Positions 31,500-45,300 of a DNA stretch of 64,000 bases are shown one piece after another. Within the stretch, counting starts at the first letter, position 1. Each line of letters starts with the position of its first letter. The position numbers and the translations under genes are program-made. Origin of the DNA: Trichoplax sp. H2 (lineage: Eukaryota); contig NOWV01000198.1 in NCBI GenBank assembly GCA_003344405.1, positions 62,001 through 126,000 of the forward strand, written 5' to 3'. The notes beneath the pieces were generated by a model. The model saw nothing but the letters and a program-made list of their open reading frames with translations. It was not told the origin of the DNA and did no database searches.

Positions 31500-32465
31500 T
31501 TACAGTACACTGTATTGTACACTACCGTAGCGATAGAAATTGACCTTTGTGTACAGTACAGTACTGTAGATGTCGTCTAGAGCTCAGTAGAAAATGCGTC
31601 CTTCTATGAAACTCTATGTACAAAACCGTATGATTACGGATCAGTACTATCACAGTACAGTACAGTACTCTACTTTACAGTACTGTGTACTGTACACTGC
31701 CAGTCTGTAAGTGAGACTGTGCCTGACGCCGGCGCAGTGCAGGACATCGACTGACTGGTCTACAGTACAGTACAGTGCAGTACAGTACAGTACAGTACTA
31801 TACTGTACTATCTTAATGAAGAGAGAATTGTACTGTAGGCCTTTGCAAAATTATGTCACGCTACTCACTAGAGACCATAGTCAAGTGAATGGCATAGGCT
31901 AGCATAGCAACCTTTACACAGAACTTTCGTTTATGTTTCATTTCTTTCAAATAGTAATGATTTACATTGGAAATTACTACAAAAATAGACCGAATCGATG
32001 CTAATGCAGTACAGTACAGCACTGTCTTAATCAAGAGAGAATTGTACTGTACTGTAGGCCTTTGTAAAATTATGTCACGCTAATCACTACAGACCACCAT
32101 AGTCAAGTGAATGGCATAGCAACCTTACACAGAACTTTCATTTGTGTTTCATTTCTTTCAAATAGTAATGAATTATATTGGAAACTACTACAAAATTAGA
32201 CCGAATGGATGCTAATCAATGAACAAGAATTTATCATTAGGTCTACAAAGTACATCACAATCCATTGATAAACGTTAAAATCTTGGCTTGTCCACCACAA
32301 CAATACAGTACAGCAACCAGGCATCGAATGAGCGACATCACTTCTGCTCGCGTCGTCGTGAATACAGTACCCAATCATCGTCACTACAGTACTGTACTGC
32401 ACATTCTACTGGACTGTACTGTACGAATGAAGATCTCTGATCTGTCGTGCACTGTACTGGACTGA
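31500..32465. promoter_or_regulatory. MLEC/CCT6 bidirectional promoter with pentamer clusters
   Basis: ATGs ~1.14 kb apart; the longest (TACAG)n runs in the window lie at ~31760-31810. Confidence 0.6.
31777..32215. repeat. Tandem duplication, two copies of ~210-230 bp
   Basis: ~31777-32005 and ~32006-32215 share GAGAGAATTGTACTGTA, AAAATTATGTCACGCTA, CATAGTCAAGTGAATGGCATAG and TTTCATTTCTTTCAAATAGTAATGA. Confidence 0.93.
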
Positions 32466-32519
32466 CTCACATGCAGTCACTGTGGTCTAGCGTGGTATCC
32501 GCTCGCAAGCTAATAAAAC

Positions 32520-35500
32520 ATGTCGGCTATTAAGGATTTAAATCCCAATGCAGAAATCGCTCGTGCAGCTCAAGCTTTACAACTCAATATTTCTGCTGCA
32601 AGAGGTTTACAGGATGTGCTTAAAAGTAACTTAGGCCCTAGAGGAACAATGAAAATGTAAGTACCCATTTTTTCGTAGAGACTTCTTGTTAACTAAGGCA
32701 GTTTGCAACAACCGGTAATTAGCGTAGGGTCGATTTTCTCCGTGCGCCTAAAACTGAATCAATGACCAAGTTGACCAGGCTTGCTAATCGAAAAAGAGCT
32801 TCTTGATAACTCTTTTATTCCTTGCAATTGACTTTAGAATGAATAAAAGACAATAATTTCACTTCTGATTCAGCCAGATTTAACGCAATTTCGACTTTGT
32901 AGAACAGTACTGTACTATTACCGTATGTTATATTATAGTATACTGTGGTACTGGCATGATGCACGTGATAGCAACTGTTGGATTTAGTAACCACTTGAAA
33001 CGTGGAGTGGATTTGACAACCGCCAAACTCACCTAGAATGGACAATTTCTCGCTCTGATACAGGAGTAATATAGCTGTAATGATGTTAGATGATATGGGA
33101 TCAAATTTATTATTTTAAATTGAATATCTACAAGAAAAAAATGTCGAATCTCTTTAGTACTGCGTACAAACATCAATCGCTTATCATTATAACTACCGTA
33201 CGGTACAGTACTGGATAATAATCGATCCGATTCGTGGTTGCTCGCTATTCCATGCTTCTAAATGATACTTTAGCTATTTCCCCTTCATAATAATAAATAA
33301 TTACGTATTGAAATCGACCGAATTGAAGTGATGCAATAAATGAAATAGTTATGATTGCCGCTAAAAATGAGTATGGCGATTTCACCCGATATCATTTTCA
33401 GTAAAACGTCTATTTTTTACAAGTTTTCAATCAAATTTTAAAAGAAGTAGTGGTACATTTACTGGCATTACAAGAAATGAGAGCCATTGCAGTAATGATA
33501 TAGTGTGTCGTTAATTGCTTATTTCTTGTCGGTAAAGATCTCGGATAATATCCTAAATAGTAATCTAACCAAGAAAGTTCGTACTTATGAAGAACAATTT
33601 GATACATAACTTAGCCATTGTAACATTAGCATATTGCCCTAAAATAGACTATTTATACATGTACTTGAAGTTATCAACATTTTACAATTAATACTATATA
33701 CGAGTAGAATGCGTACAAGGAGCTAAAAATTGATCTCAATAGAGGCAAAAAGCTTTCCTCTCGCTTTTAGACCAAAACTATATTCAATGGCTCCTTCACG
33801 TGCCATAGCTATATCTTATTATTATACCTCTCAACTTCATAGTGCAAACCTTTATTCGTAATCGCAAAATCTACACTAATAAGTGCTGTAACGTACAAAC
33901 TTGCTGAATCAACGTGTCTATTGCTTTTATCTCTTGAACTGTAGGCTTGTTTCTGGTGCAGGTGATATCAAAATTACTAAAGATGGTAACGTCTTATTAC
34001 ATGAAATGGTAAGCAATCATAGGTTTTGAGCGTTAATTACGCTATCCGTCTTACTAACATATATACGAACATATTATCTTGTTAATAACCACGTTTTAGC
34101 AAATTCAACATCCTACAGCGTCATTGATTGCTAAAGTTGCCACAGCTCAGGTTAGTTTCCAACTCTCTTGAATGAGTTGGGAAATCCTTATTACAACATA
34201 CTGCATATTTAGTATGTATCTGTACTCCAAAATATCGAATGCTGTAGTAAGTGTAATCTATCACATTAGGATGATATTACTGGCGATGGAACAACATCAA
34301 ATGTATTGGTTATAGGTGAATTGCTAAAACAGGTTGGTAGCCAAAGATAAAAAATGCCAAGGTTTGACCGATCATTGTTAAATCATCACTTTAATAAACT
34401 TTATAGGCTGATCATTATGTATCCGAGGGACTACATCCTAGAATTATTGCTGAGGGTTTCGATTTAGCAAAGAAAAGAGCTTTAGAAGTTCTTGATGAAG
34501 TTAAAGTTCAAAGCGATATGGATCGTGATGCTCTAATAAATGTAGCACGAACAGCTTTGAGAACAAAATTAGCTGTTGAGATTGCTGACAATTTGACGGA
34601 GGTAAGAGATTAAACTATACCACAAGTAATGACGATAGCAGTCTCTGTAGACATAAAATGAGATTGACTTGGCAAATCTGCAAATATTGAAACAATTATT
34701 TTAGTTACTTTTGATTTATCTGGAATGTTACAATCGTTCCATTTACAGTTTAAAATATTCATTGATGTAATCTTATGATAATTATATAGATTATTGTAGA
34801 TGCCGTCTTAGCTATACGTAAGCCAGATCAGCCAATCGATCTCCATATGGTAGAAGTTATGTCTATGCAGCATCAAACTGGAATTGACACTAGGTTTGTT
34901 TGCTACGTTTTATTATGAATAAAAGTGCGTTAAATGTTATTACTGTATCAATTTACTCCAAACTTACATTCGTTAACCTATTTTTATGTGTTTATTTATA
35001 TAGATTGGTTCGAGGCTTAGTTTTAGATCATGGTTCTCGTCACCCCGATATGAAAAAGAAAGTTTCTAATGCGTATATCCTTACGTGCAATGTATCATTG
35101 GAATACGAAAAAAGGTAAGTAGCACTAACTAGGATTGCTACTGACTCTCTTCCATCATTAACGTTTCTATACTTTACAGTGAAGTCAATTCAGGATTCTT
35201 TTATAAGAGTGGTGCTGAACGGGAAAAGTTAGTTGCTGCCGAGCGCAAATTTACTGACGATAAAGTTCAAAAAGTTATTGATTTGAAACGAAAGGTATTT
35301 ACACACTATTTACTTTACAGTCAGTAATTATAAACGCGTTAACGCCAGGCACAATGTTATCTGCTTTTAATTAGGTATGCGATACACCCGACAAAGAATT
35401 TGTGGTTATCAATCAGAAGGTTAGCTGCTTTCTTTTTTTAATAATAATAATCTATTAACGATGCAGCATAAGTCGCAGCAAACAGAATTTACTTCATAAA

Positions 35501-36994
35501 ATTTTCAAAGATGAATTCCTGCATTAAAAATACATTTTATTTATTGCTTGAAGGGGATTGATCCCGTTTCCTTAAATATGCTAGCAAAGGAAGGCATTGT
35601 AGCCCTTAGAAGAGCAAAACGTCGCAATATGGAGAGGTAGACATACGTCGAATGAAAAGTTTTGTAGTTATCTTAGTGATCATAATTATTGAGACACTCT
35701 TCTACTTATATTCATCATTTAAAGGCTAACATTAGCTTGTGAAGGTACTGCCATGAATTCTGTGGAGGAATTAAGCCCCGATATTCTTGGTCATGCGGGT
35801 CTTGTTTATGAGCATGTTCTGGTTAGTTTAGTAACTGTGCTAACCTTTATAAATACTTCAATGATGATTTAATATATTATTCACCGTCTTGACATGACTA
35901 CTGTAGGGCGAGGAAAAATTTACCTTTGTTGAAGACTGCAAGCAACCTTATTCTGTAACCATTCTAGTTAAAGGTTAAACTAAAATCAATATTTGTGTTA
36001 TTACAATAACATATAAAATAGTAATTAATTCAACGATTGCTATCTCCATTTAATATTTTACTATATTTATTAGGACCAAATAAACACACTATCACTCAAA
36101 TAAAAGATGCAATCCATGACGGATTGCGTGCTGTTTTGAATGCAATTGAAGATGGTATTATTAGATTATTTTATATTTCTTTATGACCATTTACGAGAGT
36201 TGTACGTCGTAGTCAAACCTTTCGGTATGAATTACAGTATCAATTAGTAATTGCTCTATTTAATTTTTAGGTGCTTTAGTACCTGGCGCTGGTGCTTTCG
36301 AAATTGCCGCACATGAAAAGCTTATGAAATATAAAGACACTGTGAAAGGTCGCGCCAGGCTGGGAGTGCAAGTAAGTTTCAACTAGTATAGCGCTAACTC
36401 ACAAGAAAAATAATTTTTTATTTGTTCACCTTATTGAGTGTACTTTTTACGTTTAGGCTTACGCTGACGCATTGCTTATCATACCTAAAGCGTTGGCTCA
36501 AAATTCTGGATTAGATGCACAAGACGCTATCGTTAAATTACAGGTGCAGATCGTATAGAAAATATCTTCCTTTTTAATCTATTAATAAGTGTATTTATTT
36601 ATTATATTACCATCCTATAGGAAGAATATCAGACTAATGGAACATGTGTAGGACTTGACTTAGTTTCAGGTTTGACTTATCATGTTGGTCTTAACGTTAA
36701 TATAGATTTTATTGTCATCTAAGAATATTACAAAACTGTTTACAACAGGTGATGCGATCGTTCCTGCTGATTGTGGTATTTGGGATAATTACCGCGTGAA
36801 AAGGCAGCTATTGCACTCTTGGTAAGGCTATTAATACGGTAGAGTAACAAGATTAGTTAATGATCCTTCATAAACATGTTAATATTAATGTGTTTGCGTT
36901 TTCGTGATATAATTCGTGTAGTACCGTCATTGCTAGCAATCTGCTCCTTGTCGACGAAGTCATGCGGGCTGGGATGTCTTCTCTGAAAGGATAA
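32520..36994 (+). CDS. CCT6: T-complex protein 1 subunit zeta (TRiC/CCT chaperonin); ~18 exons
   Basis: [92 protein letters not shown]-terminal [18 protein letters not shown] then TAA. Confidence 0.97.
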
Positions 36995-38317
36995 TATAGA
37001 TTTACAATTTTACGATATCCGAGTAGTGGTTTAAACCTTTTCGATATCATTGATAATGAATTAATTATTATTGCTGAAGTGTAAGTTAATATTAGAAATT
37101 CTTCTAATATTACGTAATTGTGAACTTATCAAAACATATAGACTTTTATGATTTTCTTTTCGTTTAATTTATGTATGATAATTTATCTCAGCGCATTTTG
37201 ATCGTGCTACAGTTATGGTGCACGTTTGTCACTGTGTAGCTCCTTTATAGCAGACAATTTTAATAAATTCGAATTTTTGAAGAGGATTGAATTTCTTATC
37301 TTGCGTTTTGGCTAACTTTTAAATTGATTTTGGAACAGCTGAATATTGTTCGTATCCGAATTCGTAATGATTTAGAGAAAACGGTGCTACATGCAGTGTT
37401 CATTATTTTATAAGTTAGCCGACTTGTAGTTTTCACCATGGCTGACATACGGTACCGTACTTTTAAATTCTTATACCATATCCTCATATAATGTTAGTAG
37501 GATCTACGCAGTTATATTATTAAAAATTGTTAAAAAGACAGCAGTAAATATTAATGAACCCGATGTATTTATGTCCGAGGTTTTAGGATCGTAAAAGTAC
37601 AGAATAAATAAGAAATTTATTTGTAATAGCTAATCAAACCGTAATGTATATGTTACGACCGTTCCTAAAAAGAATGAATTTTGCCCTTAAGAAAGTTACG
37701 GTTAATCTTGAGAATCCAATCATTCTTAAGAATGTCCGGCCATTCCTAAGAATTGGCCGATAACATAATTTCACGCATTAAATACGAGAATCAGAATACT
37801 ATATCCCGCCAATAGTGCACGGACCAGTAATCGTAAATACTACATAAGTATTCTATTCTTACGAGCATATAGCCCTTGATAGTAATTCAATACTTGGTAG
37901 GAATTAACCTGAATCCTTAATTCACGGTACCATAACAGGTTATACAGTACGAAAGCATGTAGCGATTATGGTGACACATGTCGTAGTAATTAATTTATCT
38001 ATTAGCCCCAGGACTAACCATTAGCCGTCAGTATATTTTCACAGATAATTCATCTTACGATAGCCAGAAAGTTTACAAAAGTTGTTAAGGTATCGTGCAT
38101 TTAGTTGAGTATTGGATATGAATATCGGATTAAATTATTTGCTGTTAGTCATGAATTCGTTAAAGCGCAATCTTGTAGATTACTATTCCATGTACAAACA
38201 ATAAATTTATCTTGTAATAGACGGCATACGAACTAGACAGGGAAGACTGATCGAAAGTAATTTTAATAGCAACTATTATTTATTAAGGAGCAATATTGTA
38301 TTGATCTTATTTTAATA

Positions 38318-39330
38318 TTAAAGTAAGTCACATCTATTAAAATGCTTTACAACAATACTAACATGTGTAATATCATGATTTAGTAGCAATCTTAAAGATG
38401 CTATACTTATACATAGTAAAACTAGATTTAGTGTTGATAAGATGAATTTATTCAAAGCTAGCTTAAAAATTGCAACAGATGCGTGCATATGAACAACTAT
38501 AACTAGGCTGTATATCATAGCAAACCATAAATGACCAAGATAAATATGAATGAATTACCCCTATTATTTGTAAGCCACAAATAAACCAGTTTCATGCAGT
38601 TAGATTAAATTTTAGCCATAAATAAATCAGTTAAAGAAAGCTTTATTATATAACGTTATCTTAATTAAAAGTATTTTCTATACATATATCTAACGCTTAA
38701 AAAATTATTACGAACATTATCAAACTCAAGGGTCAGTATAAATGCTTTAATAATATAATTTAAGTATTATTCTGTTCCCAATTATAATATAATAGGTTCA
38801 GTTTAAAGCTAATGTATGATACGCGTATAGACAACAACATTTTATTCCAGGAAAATCTGGCTAATTATTTTAAGTAATATTTAGCGATTCTAAATAAATT
38901 GTCATATGCATAATTCTGCATACTTTAATTCAATTACCACCTTATATAATATTGAATGGCATTTTTAAGTGTTTCAACAACAATATTTATATTTGTAACC
39001 ATCTTTGATTAATGGATGGATAGACAATGCGTTAATACATGAGTTAAAAGGATAGGAGATCAGCATAAGGAGTAAAATTTGCGCTATTTCTTGATTTATG
39101 TATTAAAAAGCTATCTGTTTCACGATCCTTACAAGCGTTTATGACTATTCTACATTATCCATCGACTTATTTACAAGGAAGTGAGCAATTATAAGCCACC
39201 TTAGTGCATGCATAATCATCTTCATCGTAATACTTGCTACCAATTGGTTTATTTTCTATCAAGCAATGCCTACTACAAAATTTAAGCGAAACTTTGCATT
39301 CTATATCATTGGTTGGGACTATCGCTGTAC
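38318..39330 (-). pseudogene. Probable heavily decayed class A (rhodopsin-like) GPCR remnant
   Basis: The minus strand gives YIIKLSLTDLFMA (~38614-38652; TM2 LxxxD-like) followed by FILSTLNLVLLCISI (TM3-like) and upstream Cys-containing fragments. All are broken by stops and frameshifts. No DRY motif was seen. Confidence 0.33.
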
Positions 39331-42300
39331 CTAAAAGTAGAAGTTAAAACGAAATAAGATTGCCATTTTAGTCCGTATTCTGGTTATATACAGAACATTC
39401 TATTAATATTTAAGAAGTAATCAGTTCGTTTTTACACGATATTTTATTAACAAATTTACCAGAAGGCAGCGAAGCATTTGTACTTTCAACGGTAGGCATC
39501 AAGGTCATTTTATGGCGTTTGTAAATTTGTGAACTAAAATCAACTTGGCCTATAAAATTTGTTTTGCACATCTCAGATATGTAGGGGTACTTGAGAAGAG
39601 ATTCGCTGAACATTTCTACCCGAATTTTGTTACCACGCTTATATAATAATAGAACGATAACGTTAGCTTTTTTTTCGTGTCGATATAACATTTTCCAAAC
39701 TCTTCTACTTGGTAACAAGATTTACTAGAAATCTCCAAACCAGTCCATTAGAGCTAGAATATTGACTAAACTTTATTATTCTTACTACGTTATTATACAG
39801 TTGAATAAAGCTAGCGGTTAACTAACGGTTTACTAACGGCATATTAAAATAGCAACGAATGCAATAACATTCTTACAACTAAGATTACGGTCGATAATTA
39901 ATTCATAACAAATGATATAATATCAGAAATGCATTCAGGTAACTATCTTATCTATAGTCTCTTCTATGGACTTACATACTGTAAATTTTGGGCTTAAAGG
40001 AATATGCTACTACAGTCAATCAGAATAAGTTTGAATCTTAATAAGCTTATAATGTTGAACTGTATTAATATAACTAAAAAAACCTCATTTCGTAACAGCC
40101 GATAAAATATATATATTTTAATCAATCTTGACTACTTCTGTAATTTAGACTTAATTGAACTATTAAAGCTATTCGAAACAATCAGCAGAATACTGTAAAT
40201 ATTGTATAATATACAAGAAACTCTTTCGAAACTAGTACAGTTTTAATGGTAATTACAGAATTGCACCGTAGCATATTAACAAAGCGTTATACATAATTCT
40301 AGCGCTGAATTAGAGTGTAGGACCTCCAATTGTTATGATTGACTGTTGCAGAACACTGAAAGCACTATATAAAATATAAAAGACTCTTTCTAAACTAAGA
40401 CAATTCAGTCATAAATAATAGAACAATATCTTCGTATGGCGTGGTAGTATTTGCTATTAAATTGGAGCATAAAATCTTTGATATATAATTACCAGTATTT
40501 ACAGTTAATAGTTTAGTAATATTGTTATAAAGATATTGCTTCATCCGAGCTCAGCAGTATGTAATTTTTACTCCCCATATATTTGGGCATTATCGTGAGG
40601 GCATTCATGTTGGATTCTATTATAATTATTGGCGTTTAATTAAGTTAGCAATATTGTCATGATAGAATGACTTCGCTTATGGGATAGCAGTACTACTCCA
40701 TGTATCAGTGATAAAAAATATTAGAATAGGGGCTATAATAGCTTTGGTTGAAAACATTATATTGTCATGATGAAAAGCTTAATTCTTTAGATGAGCAAAA
40801 TCTATTGCTATATTTATTTTATAGCTAACATTTTGCCTTACAGGACTGTGTCTATGAGTACAACAAACCTATCCGATAAATTTTCGTTTAGCATGATATT
40901 GCATACCTAAACTAGAAATTAACCATAGTTATTAAAAGCTACGAGTATAAAAGACATGCGTGCAGACTTGAGGCATACAGAGATTAGTGCATTCTATCTT
41001 CTGGAAAATGCTACAACTAGAGAAATAAAAGCGTAATTGCAAGAAGAGCTGGGATGAAAAGCGATATAGCCAAAACTATGTTTACTTCTAAATTTAATCT
41101 CGTATACTTAGAAAGTCAAGTGGCTACTACCGCAGTATAAGCAATTTTTTCCAGACAGTATAAGGAATTTATTTGATAGGATAAATGTATCGACCACTTG
41201 TGCAGCTGGGAAGGTATTGCTAAATGCCAGACTGAACTTCATTTTAAATTGGCAAAAGTGACAGTAGCTAAAGAAAACAGGTTCTTTTGAAATTAATTAA
41301 GTAGGCACGGTATATTCCAAGATCCTCAAGTACAGATTCACAGAGTGTTTAGGTAATTTTTTCGAGTATCAAAAGGATAAGAAATAGGCTCGCGTTACAT
41401 TTATTTTAAGACTAAATAAAGCTAATGTAAATAAAATTGCGATCCAGAAATTTTTTGTGGACTAAATATTAACTTGGTTAACTTATTTTAAGTTGAAGAG
41501 GATTTCATCCATAAGAAGATGCTATGATAATAGTTGCATGAAAGAAAATAAACTAAGAATAATTGTGACTTTATTTAGGTACTTACTTAGAAAGTAAATT
41601 TATCATTATCCATATGCAATCCAAATTAATAAAATTTAAGGAGAATTAATATAGGTCTAGTTTTCCATATCAGTTCAAGAGAGATTACTTATTTATAAAG
41701 TCGTTTAGCTTAACAGTAATAAATTTATAGAAATGGGATAAAGCTCGAAGTTTTACTATCGATAATTAAATTGTCACTAATTGTTTCAACTAGCGCATTC
41801 TTCCAATATCATTGTCTTATTAAACGATAATTCTAATAATTTAATTTCTGGGAATCAATCTTTAAATGGTAATTCAATTCTTTTTTACCGCCAACAGCGG
41901 ATAGAAATATTCCAATCTTGCCGGACTAATTGAGATTTAGGAAATATTTTATAATAGAAAATAGTCGATGTAAAACATATCTGTATATAGTTAACAGCTG
42001 TTATAACTTAGATGTTTACCGTATTTATTTACCAATATAAATATAAAAGAAATCAGACTAACTATAAACTGATCGTTTGACAGATATGAGATTTCTAGTA
42101 ATTGCTATTTAAAATCACTGATTGCATTTAACGGTTATCAGGCGTTGATTTAAGGTTCAAAGGTGAAATTGTATGTAATTTGGATCCGCTTTTCTTTTAA
42201 ATCAAGTAAGCATATCGAGTAATGACTTGGTCAATGGAATACAATAAAAAGATGATAAGCAAATCCAGCATATCCGATTAATTTCCAAACTGGATAAATA

Positions 42301-45300
42301 GACATTTTTACGGGCTTTGCAAAATAGCTGTCTATTACCCCTCAAAGTAAACTATATCCAATAAAACTTAATAAATGACCTTAAGTAGTCATAACATCAA
42401 TATTAATAAATGAGCCGATTCAAATCTATCATTTCAAATATTAATATAAATACTAATAGAAATCGATCACGTATTAACTGACGTTTGTAATTTTATCACT
42501 GGCATGTATAATTCTAGCTGGTTTTTCAACTGTAAAGGTAAGAATATATTCATGAACCAGTTTATGCTAGACGTATTCAAATTATTGACAATCAACGTAA
42601 AGGATATTCATTGTCTTTTATTTCTAGATGTATCATACCCGTCCAAACTTCTGTTGGTTCATAAACAATATTATAAAAAAAGTCTAATCATGATTTTATT
42701 AATGACCACCCCCTTTTTTGCTCCTAAAAATCAGTACTAGTTAACTATCATATCTATTAGAACAAATACGCATTAGTAGCACTTTCAATCCTAATAAATT
42801 GATCAATTTTGATTAGATGCTATAAAGCAGTGGAAGAATCAGATAAAACTATTTACATAGAAGAGATTGCAAGAGATTCCATTTATTTTGTATTTGTATA
42901 GTTGCAATTTAATATCCTTTAAGTTGATATAGATCTGAAGAAATCCAAGTACAGATAAATTTAATTTAAATAACGATGGGTGCGGTAAAAACAGCACGAT
43001 AGCGGAAGATTTCTTTATCTGTTTGAATTAACTTAAGTACTGAATGATAGAAAAAATAATTCGAATTCCCCATCAATATCTATGTACTATCGGCATAAGT
43101 TGCTATAATTATATCTGAATCTACGTTCAATATCTAGTACTAATACGACAATGCAACTGGAATACAATTTATTATTCAATAAAGTAAATAAAGTAAATAA
43201 TGTAGTATCCTATACAGTTATTACAAGATAGTATGAAAAGCTTCTACATTTTTATCAATAAACGGTAGCGCTCCAACATGAAGATTGAAATAGATCATAT
43301 ATTCTGAAAATAATTAACTGGTGCAATTCTACGTCTGTCATATTGAAATGATCGAGCTATCGATAGAAACTTTATCAAATTCTCTTTCTAATTTAGCTAA
43401 CAATTATTGTCACTTTAACTAATACCTAATAAATCCATAAATAATTGAGTTGCATTTACAAGCTTTATGTTGAGTACTATTTCGTTATATGGGATTAACT
43501 ATAGGGTAATGTTAATGGTACGAAGTAGACTTCATAACTTTATAACTTTATCGGGTGATCTCTGGATGAAATCAATGCAGGATTAAATGAATAAATTTGC
43601 TTTACCTTTTCCCGTCTACAATTCATTCTGGTGATATTATATTTAAAGTAACCAAATGAAATTAACATGTATATTTAAAATTTGATATTTTTGCATAGAA
43701 TTATAGATAAATTACTTTAGATACTTAAAAAAAACAAAAATAAAAACTTGTCAAATAAAAATTTATCATAGCCCGTCCCTATTCCTTATTTTGATTCTTT
43801 TAAAATAAACATTAAGTTCGACTTGTTCGACTTGGAATTATTAAATAGATAGTAAGGAACGGATAAAGCGACATCGATAGACATTTAGGCAGATATTGTC
43901 TGGAATATTGCGTCAAAGATAATTGATAGCTTTAAAACATGAGCTAACTTACCACTATATCAGTTATTAATGCCTTGGATAAAATTCGAGCCACTTTATC
44001 CACCTTCCTCATGGTATTGCCTATCATTAATCTTCTGTTAAATGTCGTTAAGAAACAAATACCACCATGACGTAACTTCAAGACAGCCATTTTCTATTTT
44101 TGAGAATAAATAAAATGATAGACTGTGTAACGTATTCTATGCTTGCTAATGATATATTTACTTGAAATTAAAAAATAAATTATCACTACATAATTTCATC
44201 GCTACAACCAAGATAGAATAATAAACAAAATCTATTGATGATTATGATCAAGGATTGACGTTATTATTTAAACAAGAGGTAATAAAAGGCCAATCTTATA
44301 TAATTAGAATATTCACTTAATCAATAATGCTGATATAATGAATATTTAGCTTTATTTATAAGGATATATATGAATATATGCAGTACTACTATATCTACAT
44401 TACAGGTAGATTGTATTCTCCTGTAATCTACGACATTAAAGGTTAAATATTTAAGAATGTTCAAATAAAACAATACTTAATGGATGTATTTATCAAAGTT
44501 TTCAATTTAAAGCAGTAAAAGAGTATCACTAAGATATGAAACTATGTTGCACTATCCATGGTGATACAATCTGAGATAGTCTATTGCTTAGCACAGAGCA
44601 AGTAAAGTAAATTTATTCAATGTTACGGTAAATAAAATTATGTTCTCCAAACCTCTAGTGGATCAACCATGACTGAAAACATTAATCGGTCATTCTGAAA
44701 TGGAAGATCCGATGTTAGTTTCTTCTTCACGTCGGTACTCACTATTGGTATAGCGTAGGCCATGCAATGGAGCGTAATCCATGAAAGACATAAAAGAATG
44801 GCGATGGAAGATAACATTGCAGTTCAAATTAATCAATTGCCGAATGTGATCCTCAATTAAAAGTAATCCTTTTAACTATCAAGTAATAAATTGATATCGT
44901 CGATAAGGATAGGCGATGGCTATAGTATATAGCTTAAAGAAATATCCAATCTCCAATTTTAGGGCAATTTACTTAATGCATAAAACTGCACTTGCATAAA
45001 TAACTTAAAATCAAGAAAATATTTTAGAAACTTCCACAACCTCAGGATATCAAACTTGCTGGCTAATATTGAATCTCAAATTTTCCGACTTGTTTTTATA
45101 AGCTCCTACATACCAGCAAGCCATTGATGGTATAACAATAAGAGCAAGTTAACACTGTCAATGATTTGTATTTATTAATTGATCATCATTTTTTATTTTA
45201 TGCCTTTGTTCCATTCTAATGTTATGATACCTTCAACTCATGATGAAGGATATTAGACAATGAGTCGGTATAAGCGAGGATTTAAAGATCAGAATTCCTT

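Noticed and set aside
32657..34269. Intronic snoRNAs in CCT6 (vertebrate CCT6A hosts H/ACA snoRNAs)
   Set aside because: Small hairpins exist (~33722-33770, ~34155-34185), but I could not find a complete hairpin-H-hairpin-ACA or C/D box layout; an Infernal scan is needed.
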